Shown here one piece after another: positions 8,517-16,616 of a stretch of DNA of 32,000 nt. Location: contig JANMAT010000009.1 of NCBI GenBank assembly GCA_031359995.1, positions 12,547 through 44,546 on the forward strand, given 5' to 3'. The DNA comes from Actinomycetes bacterium. Lineage in GTDB: Bacteria > Actinomycetota > Acidimicrobiia > Acidimicrobiales > Ilumatobacteraceae. Under the pieces are notes generated by a model. The model was not told the origin of the DNA and ran no database searches. It saw only the letters and a list, made by a program, of their open reading frames with translations. The translations under genes were made by a program, and so were the position numbers. Position 1 is the stretch's first letter. Each line of letters opens with the position of its first letter.

Positions 8517-8868
8517 CGATCGACGCTCTCGCGGTGACCAGCCGGGCCGTTGCGGCCGCCATGAGCGGCGTCCAGCGGCCAGCGCCGTTCGCCGTCGGGT
8601 CGGCCCTCGGTCGAGCAGGAGACGAACGGTGATGGCGAAAAGCCAGATGTCCGTGATGGAAGCATCGCTTGCCGGCACGGCGACTTTGCTCACGGTCGCA
8701 GCCTTGTGCCGTCGAAGCGCGTGAGGCGAGGTGCGACGCCGAGCGGCGGGTTCGGACGGGGAGCTGGCGCAGGCAACAGCCCGGGGTGCTTGCTGATGCG
8801 CGCGACCGTGTTCGAGGTGTGCTGCCTGGCCGTCCGGTGCGCAATCCTTGCGGCGTTAGGATCGAACG

Positions 8869-9267
8869 ATGGTTCACGCTGTCCCTGCCGGCACCGAGTC
8901 GGCGCGGCCATTCCTTCCCGCCTCGGACTACGCGACCTCCAAGGCGTTCTACGAAGCGCTGGGCTTTGCGAAGGAGCTCGATGGCGACGACGTGACCATC
9001 TACCGGATCGGTTCGACCTCGTTCTTGCTGCAGAGGTACTACCAGAAGGAATGGGCGGAGAACTTCATGATGCAGCTCCTCGTCGACGAGCTCGACACAT
9101 GGTGGGGGCACATCGTGTCGCTCGACCTGCCCGCGACATTCGGCGTACCTGCGCCGAAGGCGCCGGCGATGCAGCCCTGGGGGCTGCGCATCGCCTACGT
9201 CCTCGATCCGTCGGGCGTGCTCTGGCACGTGGCTCAGCGCCGGCCGGGGGTCATGCACGATCTCTGA
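8869..9267 (+). CDS. VOC (glyoxalase/bleomycin-resistance fold) family protein
   Basis: 132 aa. Contains PFLPASDYATSKAFYEALGFAKE...FLLQ...MMQLLVDELDTWW...QPWGLRIAYVLDPSGVLWHV. AGGA SD lies 7 nt upstream of ATG 8869. Confidence 0.8.
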   Translation: MVHAVPAGTESARPFLPASDYATSKAFYEALGFAKELDGDDVTIYRIGSTSFLLQRYYQKEWAENFMMQLLVDELDTWWGHIVSLDLPATFGVPAPKAPAMQPWGLRIAYVLDPSGVLWHVAQRRPGVMHDL

Positions 9268-9348
9268 CAGCGCTCGGGCGAGATGCTGGTGACCCAGGCC
9301 GGGGGCCGGACCGTCACGTCGGGCGCCATCCCAGCGAGGGTCGAATGA

Positions 9349-9567
9349 CTAGTACCGGAAGTTGTGCTGGCTCTCGACCTCGAACTTCCCAGCGACGGCC
9401 ACATCCCCGTCAACCCTGACGGTCAACCCGACGCTCGGGTGTTCGAAGCTCTGACTCGTCACGACCAGCGTCGCGAGGAGACGACGCGGCCCGAAGCGCA
9501 CTGCCCGAGCGTACCCATGCGTCACGGGCCCGCTGGCGGAATGCAAAGTCCCGCTGATGCCGGGCAC
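9349..9567 (-). CDS. Hypothetical 72-aa protein (weakly supported)
   Basis: GTG-initiated ORF with mostly G/C-ending codons and a beta-rich looking sequence (...VGLTVRVDGDVAVAGKFEVESQHNFRY). It has no Shine-Dalgarno and I recognise no family. It could be a gene remnant. Confidence 0.25.
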   Translation of the reverse strand: MPGISGTLHSASGPVTHGYARAVRFGPRRLLATLVVTSQSFEHPSVGLTVRVDGDVAVAGKFEVESQHNFRY

Positions 9568-9646
9568 AGGGGTGGTGCCGATCGGCAGTCAGGGTGTCGC
9601 TCGACCACTCAGCTTGCCCCAGACGGAGCAGAGCGGCAGTGGCGCG

Positions 9647-9820
9647 CTACGCGGTCTGGACGTGGAAGGAGTCGAGCGCATCGGCAGGGATGCCGAGCGT
9701 TCCATCGTCGAGCTTCACTCGCGGCAGCCGCTTCTCATACATCGCCTGTACGACGACACGGGTCGCGACGCCCAATCGTTGTGCGGCTTCTGCGGGGAGA
9801 AGTACCTCTGGCTCGGTCAT
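9647..9820 (-). CDS. 57-aa helix-turn-helix protein, excisionase/MerR-like (HTH_17-type) DNA-binding domain
   Basis: Hand translation: MTEPEVLLPAEAAQRLGVATRVVVQAMYEKRLPRVKLDDGTLGIPADALDSFHVQTA*. Too short for the ORF track. A strong SD (GAAGGGGG) lies 7 nt upstream. Its ATG overlaps the stop of the upstream 68-aa ORF (ATGA, 9817-9820). It has more A/T-ending codons than neighbouring genes. Confidence 0.6.
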   Translation of the reverse strand: MTEPEVLLPAEAAQRLGVATRVVVQAMYEKRLPRVKLDDGTLGIPADALDSFHVQTA

Positions 9821-10023
9821 TGGACGCCCCCTTCTTCGCAGCCCAGTTTACCGTGGAGCATGCGGATGACGGTTGCCAGCTCGTCCTGAAGCCCAGGAGC
9901 AGTTCCACGTTCTCGTAGGGCCAGGCGAGCGTCTTCGATCGCCTCCAACACCCGGAGTGCCTCGTCCAGCGACAGCGCGACACCGCGAGGAACGGGGTCG
10001 TCGAAGGGATCGGGATCGCTCAT
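9817..10023 (-). CDS. Hypothetical 68-aa acidic, helical protein, translationally coupled to the HTH gene
   Basis: MSDPDPFDDPVPRGVALSLDEALRVLEAIEDARLALRERGTAPGLQDELATVIRMLHGKLG... No obvious SD before ATG 10023. An internal GTG start is possible. No family recognised. Confidence 0.4.
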   Translation of the reverse strand: MSDPDPFDDPVPRGVALSLDEALRVLEAIEDARLALRERGTAPGLQDELATVIRMLHGKLGCEEGGVQ

Positions 10024-10121
10024 GCGGTCAGCATGGAGGCAGGGTGTGACGGGGTTCCCTGGTAGCGCACAATGCCCGCTCTGTGAGCGCTATGCCAGCG
10101 GCGTTCGGCCGACCGGTCAGG

Positions 10122-11630
10122 TCACTCGAAGATCAGGCAGCCGTCGTCCAGGTCGGTGGCGGGCAGCGCGTCCTTCTCCACCCAGTAGTCCTGGGTGTGC
10201 TGCCACTCGGGCTTGTCGCCCCGCTTGGGCAGCAGGTGCATGCCCCGCATCAGGTAGCCGGGGTTGAAGTTCTCCGGGTCGATCCACGGCAGGATCGGCA
10301 TGTCGGCGTCCTCGGTGGCCCGCAGCGCCGGCGTGACCCGCTTGGCGCCCGTGGTGTCCATGTGCTGCAGCATGCGGCACACCAGATCGCCGATGAGGTC
10401 GGCCCGCAGCGTCCAGCTGGCCCGGAAGTAGCCGAAGACCCACAGCAGGTTCGGCACGCCCGTGAACATCATGCCGCGCCACGTGACCGTGTCGTGGAAC
10501 TGCACGGGCTCGCCGTCGACGGTGAACGCGATGTCGCCGAGCACGGCCAGGTTGAAGCCGGTGGCGGTGACGATGATGTCGGCCTCGAGCTCACGGCCCG
10601 ACTTCAGCAGGACGCCCTTCTCGGTGAAGTTCTCGATGGTGTCGGTGACCATCTCGGCCTTGCCGGTGGTGATGCCCTGGAACAGATCGCCGTCGGGCAC
10701 GAAGGCCAGGCGCTGCTGCCACGGCCGGTACTTCGGCGTGAAGTGGGTGTCCACGTCGTAGCCCTCGGGCAGGAAGGTGCGGACGTTCTCGATGAGCTCC
10801 TTGGCCAGCACGTCGGACTGCTCGAACGACATCTTCGTGACCGCTTCCTGGTCGAACAGGATCTTCTTGCGGACGATCTCGTGGATCCAGGTCTCGTCGA
10901 TCCCGAGCGGGCGCAGGGTGTCGGCCAGCTCGTTGGCGTTGCGGCCCGTCCAGAAGTACGTGGGCGACCGTTGCAGCACGGTGATCTTCTCGACGTCGGG
11001 GGCGATGGCCGGCACGAGGGTTGCCGCGGTGGCGCCCGAGCCGATGCAGATGACCTTCTTGCCCTTGTAGTCGAGGTTCTCGGGCCACGTCTGCGGGTGC
11101 ACGATCGTGCCCTTGAAGCGGTCCATGCCGGGCCAGTCGGGCGTGTAGCCCTCGGCGTGGCGGTAGTAGCCCTGGCACATCCACAGGAAGGTGCACGTGA
11201 AGCGCAGGTGCTCGCCGGTGTCGCCCCGCACCACGTCGACGGTCCACAGGTTGTCGGTGCTCGACCACGAGGCGTCGGTGACCTTGTGCCGGAAGCGGAT
11301 GCGCGGGCCGAGGTTGTTCTCCTCGATGACCTCGCCCATGTACTTCAGGATCTCATCCGCGGTGGCGATCGGCGCGCTGGTCCACGGCTTGAAGCGGTAG
11401 CCGAACGTGTAGAGGTCACTGTCGGAGCGGATGCCGGGGTAGCGGTGCATCCACCACGTGCCGCCGAAGCTCTCGTAGGCCTCGAGCACCACGTAGCTCT
11501 TGTCGGGGCACTGCGTCTTGAGGTGGTAGGCGCCCCCGACGCCGGAGATGCCGGCGCCCACGATCAGGACGTCGACGTGCTCGGTCTCGGCCACCGGTGC
11601 GGTGTCGGCGAGCGTGGCGGTCTGGCTCAT
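10122..11630 (-). CDS. Flavin-dependent Baeyer-Villiger-type monooxygenase (EthA/FMO-like)
   Basis: 502 aa from ATG 11630. FAD GxGxxG (VLIVGAGISG), BVMO fingerprint FKGTIVHPQTWP (FxGxxxHxxxWP), second Rossmann ICIGSGATAATL. The track ORF (701 aa) is over-extended upstream. Confidence 0.9.
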   Translation of the reverse strand: MSQTATLADTAPVAETEHVDVLIVGAGISGVGGAYHLKTQCPDKSYVVLEAYESFGGTWWMHRYPGIRSDSDLYTFGYRFKPWTSAPIATADEILKYMGEVIEENNLGPRIRFRHKVTDASWSSTDNLWTVDVVRGDTGEHLRFTCTFLWMCQGYYRHAEGYTPDWPGMDRFKGTIVHPQTWPENLDYKGKKVICIGSGATAATLVPAIAPDVEKITVLQRSPTYFWTGRNANELADTLRPLGIDETWIHEIVRKKILFDQEAVTKMSFEQSDVLAKELIENVRTFLPEGYDVDTHFTPKYRPWQQRLAFVPDGDLFQGITTGKAEMVTDTIENFTEKGVLLKSGRELEADIIVTATGFNLAVLGDIAFTVDGEPVQFHDTVTWRGMMFTGVPNLLWVFGYFRASWTLRADLIGDLVCRMLQHMDTTGAKRVTPALRATEDADMPILPWIDPENFNPGYLMRGMHLLPKRGDKPEWQHTQDYWVEKDALPATDLDDGCLIFE

Positions 11631-11731
11631 GGGGCCCCTTCCCCTCGGAGTCCCGCGTCGGGACGATCGCCGGTCACGGTACGAGATTCGAACCCGATGC
11701 AGAAAGGGACGAAAGGCCTGAGGGCCCGATG

Positions 11732-12454
11732 TCACAGGCCGGGCAGCCCCATCCACGCCTCGACCACGGCGGCATCGCCGGAGGTGGTGACCGCGGCGCG
11801 CTCGGTGCGGCCCATGAGCACCAGTAGCAGCGCTTCGGCCGGCCCTTCGAGGGCGCCGTCGTGCCGGCCGTCGTGGTGCGTGACGCGGAGCTGGTCGCCG
11901 TCGCCGTGCAGCACCCAGGCGCGGTCGGCGTCGGTGGCGAGCAGGCCGAGGCGGGTGGTCGGCGGTGCGACCTTCTCCCGGCTGAGCGCGCGCGGCAGCA
12001 GGATCTCGGCGTACTCGTTCACGCCGTCGGCCGAGAGCTCGGCGTCGAGGGTGGCGGCCGCGCCCACGGCCCGTTCGGCGTCCCAGCGGTGCACGGCGGT
12101 CTCGTGGGCCTGGCGGCGTCGCCACAGCCACACCTTCTGCTCGCCGGGGAACGGGTGCCACGTGTCGGCGTCGGGATCGGTGGTGGCCAGCGCGTGCAGC
12201 AACCCGTCGGCGCCGTCTCGGAACCACCCGGCCAGTTCGGTGTCGCCCGGCGTGTCACCGCCGAAGCCGGTGGGGCGCTGGCCGGTGACGATGGCGCGGG
12301 TGGCCCAACGGTGCACGAAGCCGAGGTGTGCGACGAGCTGGCGCACGTCCCATCCGGGGCAGGCGGCCACCGGCGCGTCGAGCGGCCCGGCGGCGATGGC
12401 CGCCACCCGGTCGACGTCGTGGCTGATGTGGGTCAGGTAGGTCTCGTGCTGCAC
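11732..12454 (-). CDS. Maleylpyruvate-isomerase-family mycothiol-dependent enzyme (DinB/MDMPI_N fold)
   Basis: 240 aa. N-terminal LTHISHDVDRVAAIAAG...CPGWDVRQLVAHLGFVHRWA is typical of the TIGR03083-type family. The GTG start is 5 nt after the USP stop. Confidence 0.8.
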   Translation of the reverse strand: MQHETYLTHISHDVDRVAAIAAGPLDAPVAACPGWDVRQLVAHLGFVHRWATRAIVTGQRPTGFGGDTPGDTELAGWFRDGADGLLHALATTDPDADTWHPFPGEQKVWLWRRRQAHETAVHRWDAERAVGAAATLDAELSADGVNEYAEILLPRALSREKVAPPTTRLGLLATDADRAWVLHGDGDQLRVTHHDGRHDGALEGPAEALLLVLMGRTERAAVTTSGDAAVVEAWMGLPGL

Positions 12455-12459
12455 CGCGG

Positions 12460-12900
12460 TCAGCTCTCCTCGTCGGCCTCGTCGTTGGGCACCACGAGCA
12501 CGGGGATGGGCGAGCGGTGCACGATCTCGTAGGTGACGCTGCCGAGCAGGGCGGCGCGCAACGGACCGCGGCCCCCGTGGCCCACGGCGATCGCCTCGGC
12601 CCGGCGGGCCTGGGCCACCACCAGCAGCGCGTCGACCGGACGCTCGCGCACCAGCTCGACATCGACCACGAGCCCGGGCCGCTCGGCCAGCAGCTCGGCC
12701 TTGATCTCCTCGATGGCGTCGACGCCGATGGCCTCGATCTGGTCCTCGAGCGGACCGCCCCGCGGCCCCAAGGGGCTGGCCTCGTACCCGAACACGAGCA
12801 CGAGGGGCACCTTCATGGTGCTGGCCACGCGGGCGGCGGTGCGGGCGGCCTGGTAGCCGCTGCCGCTGCCGCCGATGCCCACCACGATGTCGCCGGCCAT
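12460..12900 (-). CDS. Universal stress protein (UspA family)
   Basis: 146 aa: MAGDIVVGIGGSGSGYQAARTAARVA...AIAVGHGGRGPLRAALLGSVTYEIVHRSPIPVLVVP. Its ATG overlaps the permease stop (ATGA at 12900). Confidence 0.85.
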   Translation of the reverse strand: MAGDIVVGIGGSGSGYQAARTAARVASTMKVPLVLVFGYEASPLGPRGGPLEDQIEAIGVDAIEEIKAELLAERPGLVVDVELVRERPVDALLVVAQARRAEAIAVGHGGRGPLRAALLGSVTYEIVHRSPIPVLVVPNDEADEES

Positions 12901-14516
12901 CAGATCACGCCCTTCCGGTAGGTGCCGAGCGGGGCCAGCAGGGTGTCCTCGCCCGTGGGGTCCTTCACCGCATCCACCGGCTCCGCTCGGATCTTGAAGA
13001 AGGCCGGGTACTTCCTTGCACAGACGAGCATGAGGGGTATGCCGAGCACGAGCAGGATGGTGCCGATCACCAGCACCGTGCCGACCCCGAACAAGGTGCC
13101 CGGTGCGTAGTCGGCGTTCTTGGCGTCCCACACCGTCTTGACGAACACGAACAGCAGGATCACGCCGCCGACGCCAGGGAGCACGCCGATCATCACGAAG
13201 TGCTTCAGCGACGTGAAGAGGTGCTTGCGGAACAGCACGATGCACGAGATGCCCGACAGGCCGTAGTACACGGCGATGGCCATGCCGACCGCGGCGATCG
13301 ATGCGCTGTAGGCGTCGGTCGAGGTGTTGTGGCTCACGACCACGAGCGCCACGTACCAGAGGATGGACACGCTGCCGAACAGCCACGAGCTGTAGTCGGG
13401 CGTGAGCCGCTTCGGATCGATGCGGGCCAGGCTCGCCGGCGCCGCGCCGTGGGCCCCCATGGACAACATGGTGCGGGTGGCGGGCAGGATCGTGGTCTGG
13501 CACGAGGCGGCCGCCGAGGTGAGCACAGCGATGACCAGCAGCTTCACCATGATGGTGGGCAGTGCCACCTTGCCGAGGGCGTACATGGCGTCACTGGCGT
13601 TGTCGCTCACGAAGGCCGGGCCCAGCAGAGCCACCGCGCCGAAGGCGGTGACGAGGTAGATGAGCAGCAAGACGATGGTGGACAGCACCGCGGCCCGCCC
13701 GGGCGTGCGGCTGGAGTCCTTGGCCTCCTCGTTCACCGACACGCAGGTGTCCCAGCCCCAGTAGATGAACACGGCCAGCACGAGGCCGGCGATGATGCCG
13801 CTGCTCGACACGCCGCTGGGCGACAGCCAGCTCAGGCTCGGCTTCACCGACTTGTACGTGCAGCTGAGTGCGTCGCCGGCGCTCTTGCAGTAGTCGGGCA
13901 CGGCGTCGGCGAACGCATCCTTGGCGACGGTGACCACCTTGGTGGTGCCGCTGAACGACTTCGAGATGGCGATGATGGCGAAGGCGGCCAGCACGACCAG
14001 CTCGGTGCCGAGCAGGGCCACCTGCGAACGGGCCGACAGCTCGATGCCCTTCCAACAGATCCACGTCATGGCGATGATGAACACGATGCCGATGGCGGTG
14101 GTGAGCCAGATGTTGTTGGCCGCGGACTCGCTGAACAGCAGCACCAGGTACTGACCCGACACGCCGGCCAGGTTCGGCATGATCACCAGGTCGGCCACGA
14201 TGCAGCCCCACCCGGCGATCCAGCCCGCCTTCGGGCCGAAGGCCCGCACGCCCCACGTGAAGTTGGTGCCGCAGTCGGGGTCGGCCTTGTTCAGGTAGTA
14301 GAAGCTCGCGGCGATGCAGGCCATGGGCACGAAGGCGAACAGCATGATGAACGGCGCCTTCTGGCCGACCTCGCCGGTGACGAGGCCGATGCTGGCGGCC
14401 AGGCTGTAGCCGGGGGCGGTGGAGGCCACGCCGATGACGATGACGGCCACCAAGCCGAGGGAACCCCCCTTCAGGCCTTTGTTGGCCATCGCTGGCGGAT
14501 CGACCACGGTGCTCAT
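12900..14516 (-). CDS. APC-superfamily amino acid/polyamine permease
   Basis: 538 aa from ATG 14516, with AAGGGGG SD upstream. About 12 hydrophobic segments. N-terminus LKGGSLGLVAVIVIGVASTAPGYSLAASIG is typical of AA_permease_2. One loop is Cys-containing (VPDYCKSAGDALSCTYKS). Confidence 0.9.
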   Translation of the reverse strand: MSTVVDPPAMANKGLKGGSLGLVAVIVIGVASTAPGYSLAASIGLVTGEVGQKAPFIMLFAFVPMACIAASFYYLNKADPDCGTNFTWGVRAFGPKAGWIAGWGCIVADLVIMPNLAGVSGQYLVLLFSESAANNIWLTTAIGIVFIIAMTWICWKGIELSARSQVALLGTELVVLAAFAIIAISKSFSGTTKVVTVAKDAFADAVPDYCKSAGDALSCTYKSVKPSLSWLSPSGVSSSGIIAGLVLAVFIYWGWDTCVSVNEEAKDSSRTPGRAAVLSTIVLLLIYLVTAFGAVALLGPAFVSDNASDAMYALGKVALPTIMVKLLVIAVLTSAAASCQTTILPATRTMLSMGAHGAAPASLARIDPKRLTPDYSSWLFGSVSILWYVALVVVSHNTSTDAYSASIAAVGMAIAVYYGLSGISCIVLFRKHLFTSLKHFVMIGVLPGVGGVILLFVFVKTVWDAKNADYAPGTLFGVGTVLVIGTILLVLGIPLMLVCARKYPAFFKIRAEPVDAVKDPTGEDTLLAPLGTYRKGVI

Positions 14517-14652
14517 GGGGCCCCCTTGGTGGCGAGCAGTCGCCGACAGGATGACACACCGGCGCACCCGTCCGTGCGGGAACCACCGTTCGGGCGCGGC
14601 CCGGCACACGCCGTTGTGCACCGGACCGCGCGATGGGGGGAAGGGGTCCGGC

Positions 14653-14877
14653 TCAGGCGTCCAGGTAGATGCAGCCGGGTGGGCACTCCTCGGCGGCCTC
14701 GAGGACCTTGTCGACGAGCTCGGCCGGCACCTCGGCCGTGCCCGCCTGCCCCTGGGGCAACAGCTTCCCGTCGACCTTGACGAAGGCCAGCGTCCCGTCG
14801 AAGTGGAACATCTCGGGGCACGCTGATTCGCACACGCCGTTGCCGACGCACTCGTGCTGCTCGATCCAGACTCGCAT
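14653..14877 (-). CDS. Small single-cluster ferredoxin ([3Fe-4S]/[4Fe-4S] type)
   Basis: 74 aa. Contains HECVGNGVCESACPEMFHFD ... AAEECPPGCIYLD. AAGGAG SD lies 6 nt upstream of ATG 14877. Confidence 0.8.
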   Translation of the reverse strand: MRVWIEQHECVGNGVCESACPEMFHFDGTLAFVKVDGKLLPQGQAGTAEVPAELVDKVLEAAEECPPGCIYLDA

Positions 14878-15030
14878 CGCTCGCTCCTTGTCGATCCGCC
14901 GCCCGCGACGAATGACACGATCGTGCGCTGCGACAGGGCAGCGAGCGGTGTGGTCGACGTCAGCGACCCGCCAACGATCGGCCAGGGAATGAGGACCCCG
15001 TCTTAGGACTCTCGGGGACCGAGCACGGCG

Positions 15031-15969
15031 TCAGGCGCTGTCGCCGCCGCTCAAGATGCTCCGCAGCGCCTGGGCCGCGCCCATGAGACCGACCGACTCG
15101 TAGGGCACGACGATCTTGGCGTTGTCGCTGTCGGCGAACTTGCTCAACGTGTCGAGCTGCAGGATGGACACCAGCGTCGGGTCGGGCGCGGCGTGCTTGA
15201 TGGCGGCGTACACCGTGGCGATGGCCTGGGCCCGGCCCTCGGACTCCAGGATGGCGGCCTGCCGGTTGCCCTCGGCCCGCAAGATGGCGGCCTGGCGCTC
15301 GCCCTGGGCGGCGCGCACGGCGGCCTGGGCGTCGCCCTCGGCCACGTTGATGGCGTATTGCGACTGGCCCTCGGACTGCAGGATGCGGGCCCGCTTCTCC
15401 TGATCGGCCTGCTTCTGCAGCGCCAGCGCCTGCAGGATCTGCGGCGGCGGGGCGATCTCGACGATCTCGATGCGGTTGATGCGGATGCCCCACTTGTCGG
15501 TGACGGCCTCCATCTGCCCCTGCACATCGGTGTTGATCCGCTCGCGCTCGCTCAGTGCCTCGTCGAGCGAGAGGGTGCCGATGACCGAACGCAGGGCGGT
15601 GCGGGCCAGCGCGTCGATGGCCACGTCGAACTCGGCGATCGAGAACAGCGCCTGCTTGGCGTCGACCACCTGCGTGAAGATCGTGGCGTTCACGGTGACC
15701 ACCACGTTGTCTTTGGTGATGACCTCCTGGCGGTCGCCGGGGCGGGGTACCTCGCGGATGTCGACGCGCTGGAGCGAGTCGATGAACGGCGCCACGATGA
15801 CGAGGCCCGGGTCATGGGTCTTGCGGTACTCGCCGAGTCGCTTCACCACCCCGACCTCGCCCTGCTGGACGATGTTGATCATGCCGCGCAGGGCACGGAG
15901 CAGCACGAGCAGGACGAGTCCGGCAATGACGAGGGCGGTGATGGCACCGGAGCCGAGGGCAGCGATCAT
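15031..15969 (-). CDS. SPFH/Band-7 (stomatin/QmcA-like) membrane protein
   Basis: 312 aa with an N-terminal TM segment. SPFH core IVQQGEVGVVKRLGEYRKTHDPGLVIVAPFIDSLQRVDIRE...VITKDNVVVTVNA. C-terminal AEG/QAAIL coiled-coil repeats. Confidence 0.9.
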   Translation of the reverse strand: MIAALGSGAITALVIAGLVLLVLLRALRGMINIVQQGEVGVVKRLGEYRKTHDPGLVIVAPFIDSLQRVDIREVPRPGDRQEVITKDNVVVTVNATIFTQVVDAKQALFSIAEFDVAIDALARTALRSVIGTLSLDEALSERERINTDVQGQMEAVTDKWGIRINRIEIVEIAPPPQILQALALQKQADQEKRARILQSEGQSQYAINVAEGDAQAAVRAAQGERQAAILRAEGNRQAAILESEGRAQAIATVYAAIKHAAPDPTLVSILQLDTLSKFADSDNAKIVVPYESVGLMGAAQALRSILSGGDSA

Positions 15970-15982
15970 GGGATCACTCGTT

Positions 15983-16456
15983 TCAGTCGATGGGAGACAG
16001 CGGGAGGTCGGGGTCGGCGGTGAGCCACACGGTGAGCGTGGTGCCCTCGACGCCGGTGACGAGCACGGTGGAGCCGGCTTCGATGACGCGATCGTCGCCG
16101 CTGACGGCGAGCCAGCGCTCGCCCTCCAGCCGGACGTGGCCGGGCGCGCTGCGCCCGCCGATGCGGTCGAGGGCGACGGCCTCGGCGTCGACGAGCCCGC
16201 CGTGCACGCCGCGGGCGACCCGGCCGCCGCGGTGGCGGTGGACCACCCGGCTCACGAAGGGGCGCACGGCCACGATGCCGACCGCGGAGGTGGCCACGGC
16301 GGCGCCGAGTTGGCCGGGCACGGCCGACGGGGCGGCGGCGGCGACGCCGGCGGCGGCGAACGAGCCGACCGCGCCGAACAGCGCGTAGAACGCCAAGTGG
16401 TGCATCTCGACGGCGAGCAGCACGACGCCCACGATGATCCACACGGCGACCAGCAT
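15983..16456 (-). CDS. NfeD-family membrane protein, partner of the SPFH protein
   Basis: 157 aa from ATG 16456 (AGGAGGG SD upstream). N-terminal TM helices, C-terminal OB-like VRLEGERWLAVSGDDRVIEAGSTVLVTGVEGTTLTVW. It lies 13 nt upstream of the SPFH gene, the classic nfeD-SPFH operon arrangement. Confidence 0.8.
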   Translation of the reverse strand: MLVAVWIIVGVVLLAVEMHHLAFYALFGAVGSFAAAGVAAAAPSAVPGQLGAAVATSAVGIVAVRPFVSRVVHRHRGGRVARGVHGGLVDAEAVALDRIGGRSAPGHVRLEGERWLAVSGDDRVIEAGSTVLVTGVEGTTLTVWLTADPDLPLSPID

Positions 16457-16616
16457 CGGTCCACCCTCCTTCGCCTTCATCGTAGGGCCCGTCCGACGCG
16501 GGTCGGTCGTTCCTTGCGCGATCCTCGCATCTCGTTTGGGGCGCCGGTACCGCACCGCTCTACGGTGCACGATGGGGACCGGGCGCGCCGCGCTCGCCTG
16601 ACGTGACGGGGGAACC

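Noticed and set aside
9410-9646. The reading frame of the 57-aa HTH gene stays open for about 79 codons beyond its TAG stop, which suggested stop-codon read-through or a nonsense-mutated longer gene.
   Set aside because: The downstream translation (RATAALLRLGQAEWSSDTLTADRHHPCARHQRDFAFRQRARD...) is Arg-rich and not protein-like. Long open stretches are expected in this base composition.
11683-11696. A tRNA T-arm-like sequence (minus strand CGGGTTCGAATCTCG) in the MDMPI-BVMO spacer. This could indicate a tRNA gene or an att-site remnant.
   Set aside because: I could not build an acceptor stem. The required 5' partner of the 3' strand ACCGTGA is absent, and no D or anticodon arms fit in the available 100 nt. 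The T-stem itself has only 4 pairs, including a G-U. It is most likely coincidental, or at best a tiny fragment.
14517-14652. Possible riboswitch or leader upstream of the amino-acid permease.
   Set aside because: Only generic GC hairpins are visible. I cannot recognise the conserved core of any riboswitch class I know (glycine, lysine, SAM, TPP and others). I keep it only as a minor note in the cluster finding.
15231-15350. Internal DNA repeats (ggcggcctg...gccctcggcc) inside the SPFH gene.
   Set aside because: They encode the usual C-terminal AEG/QAAIL coiled-coil repeats of stomatin-like proteins. This is ordinary for the family.
16552-16568. A 6-5-6 inverted repeat GCACCG-ctcta-CGGTGC in the nfeD/crotonase divergent region, a possible operator for the crotonase-hydrogenase unit.
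   Set aside because: It is short, a single copy, and GC-rich. A match of this size is expected by chance in a 160-bp GC-rich spacer, so I do not call it as a feature.
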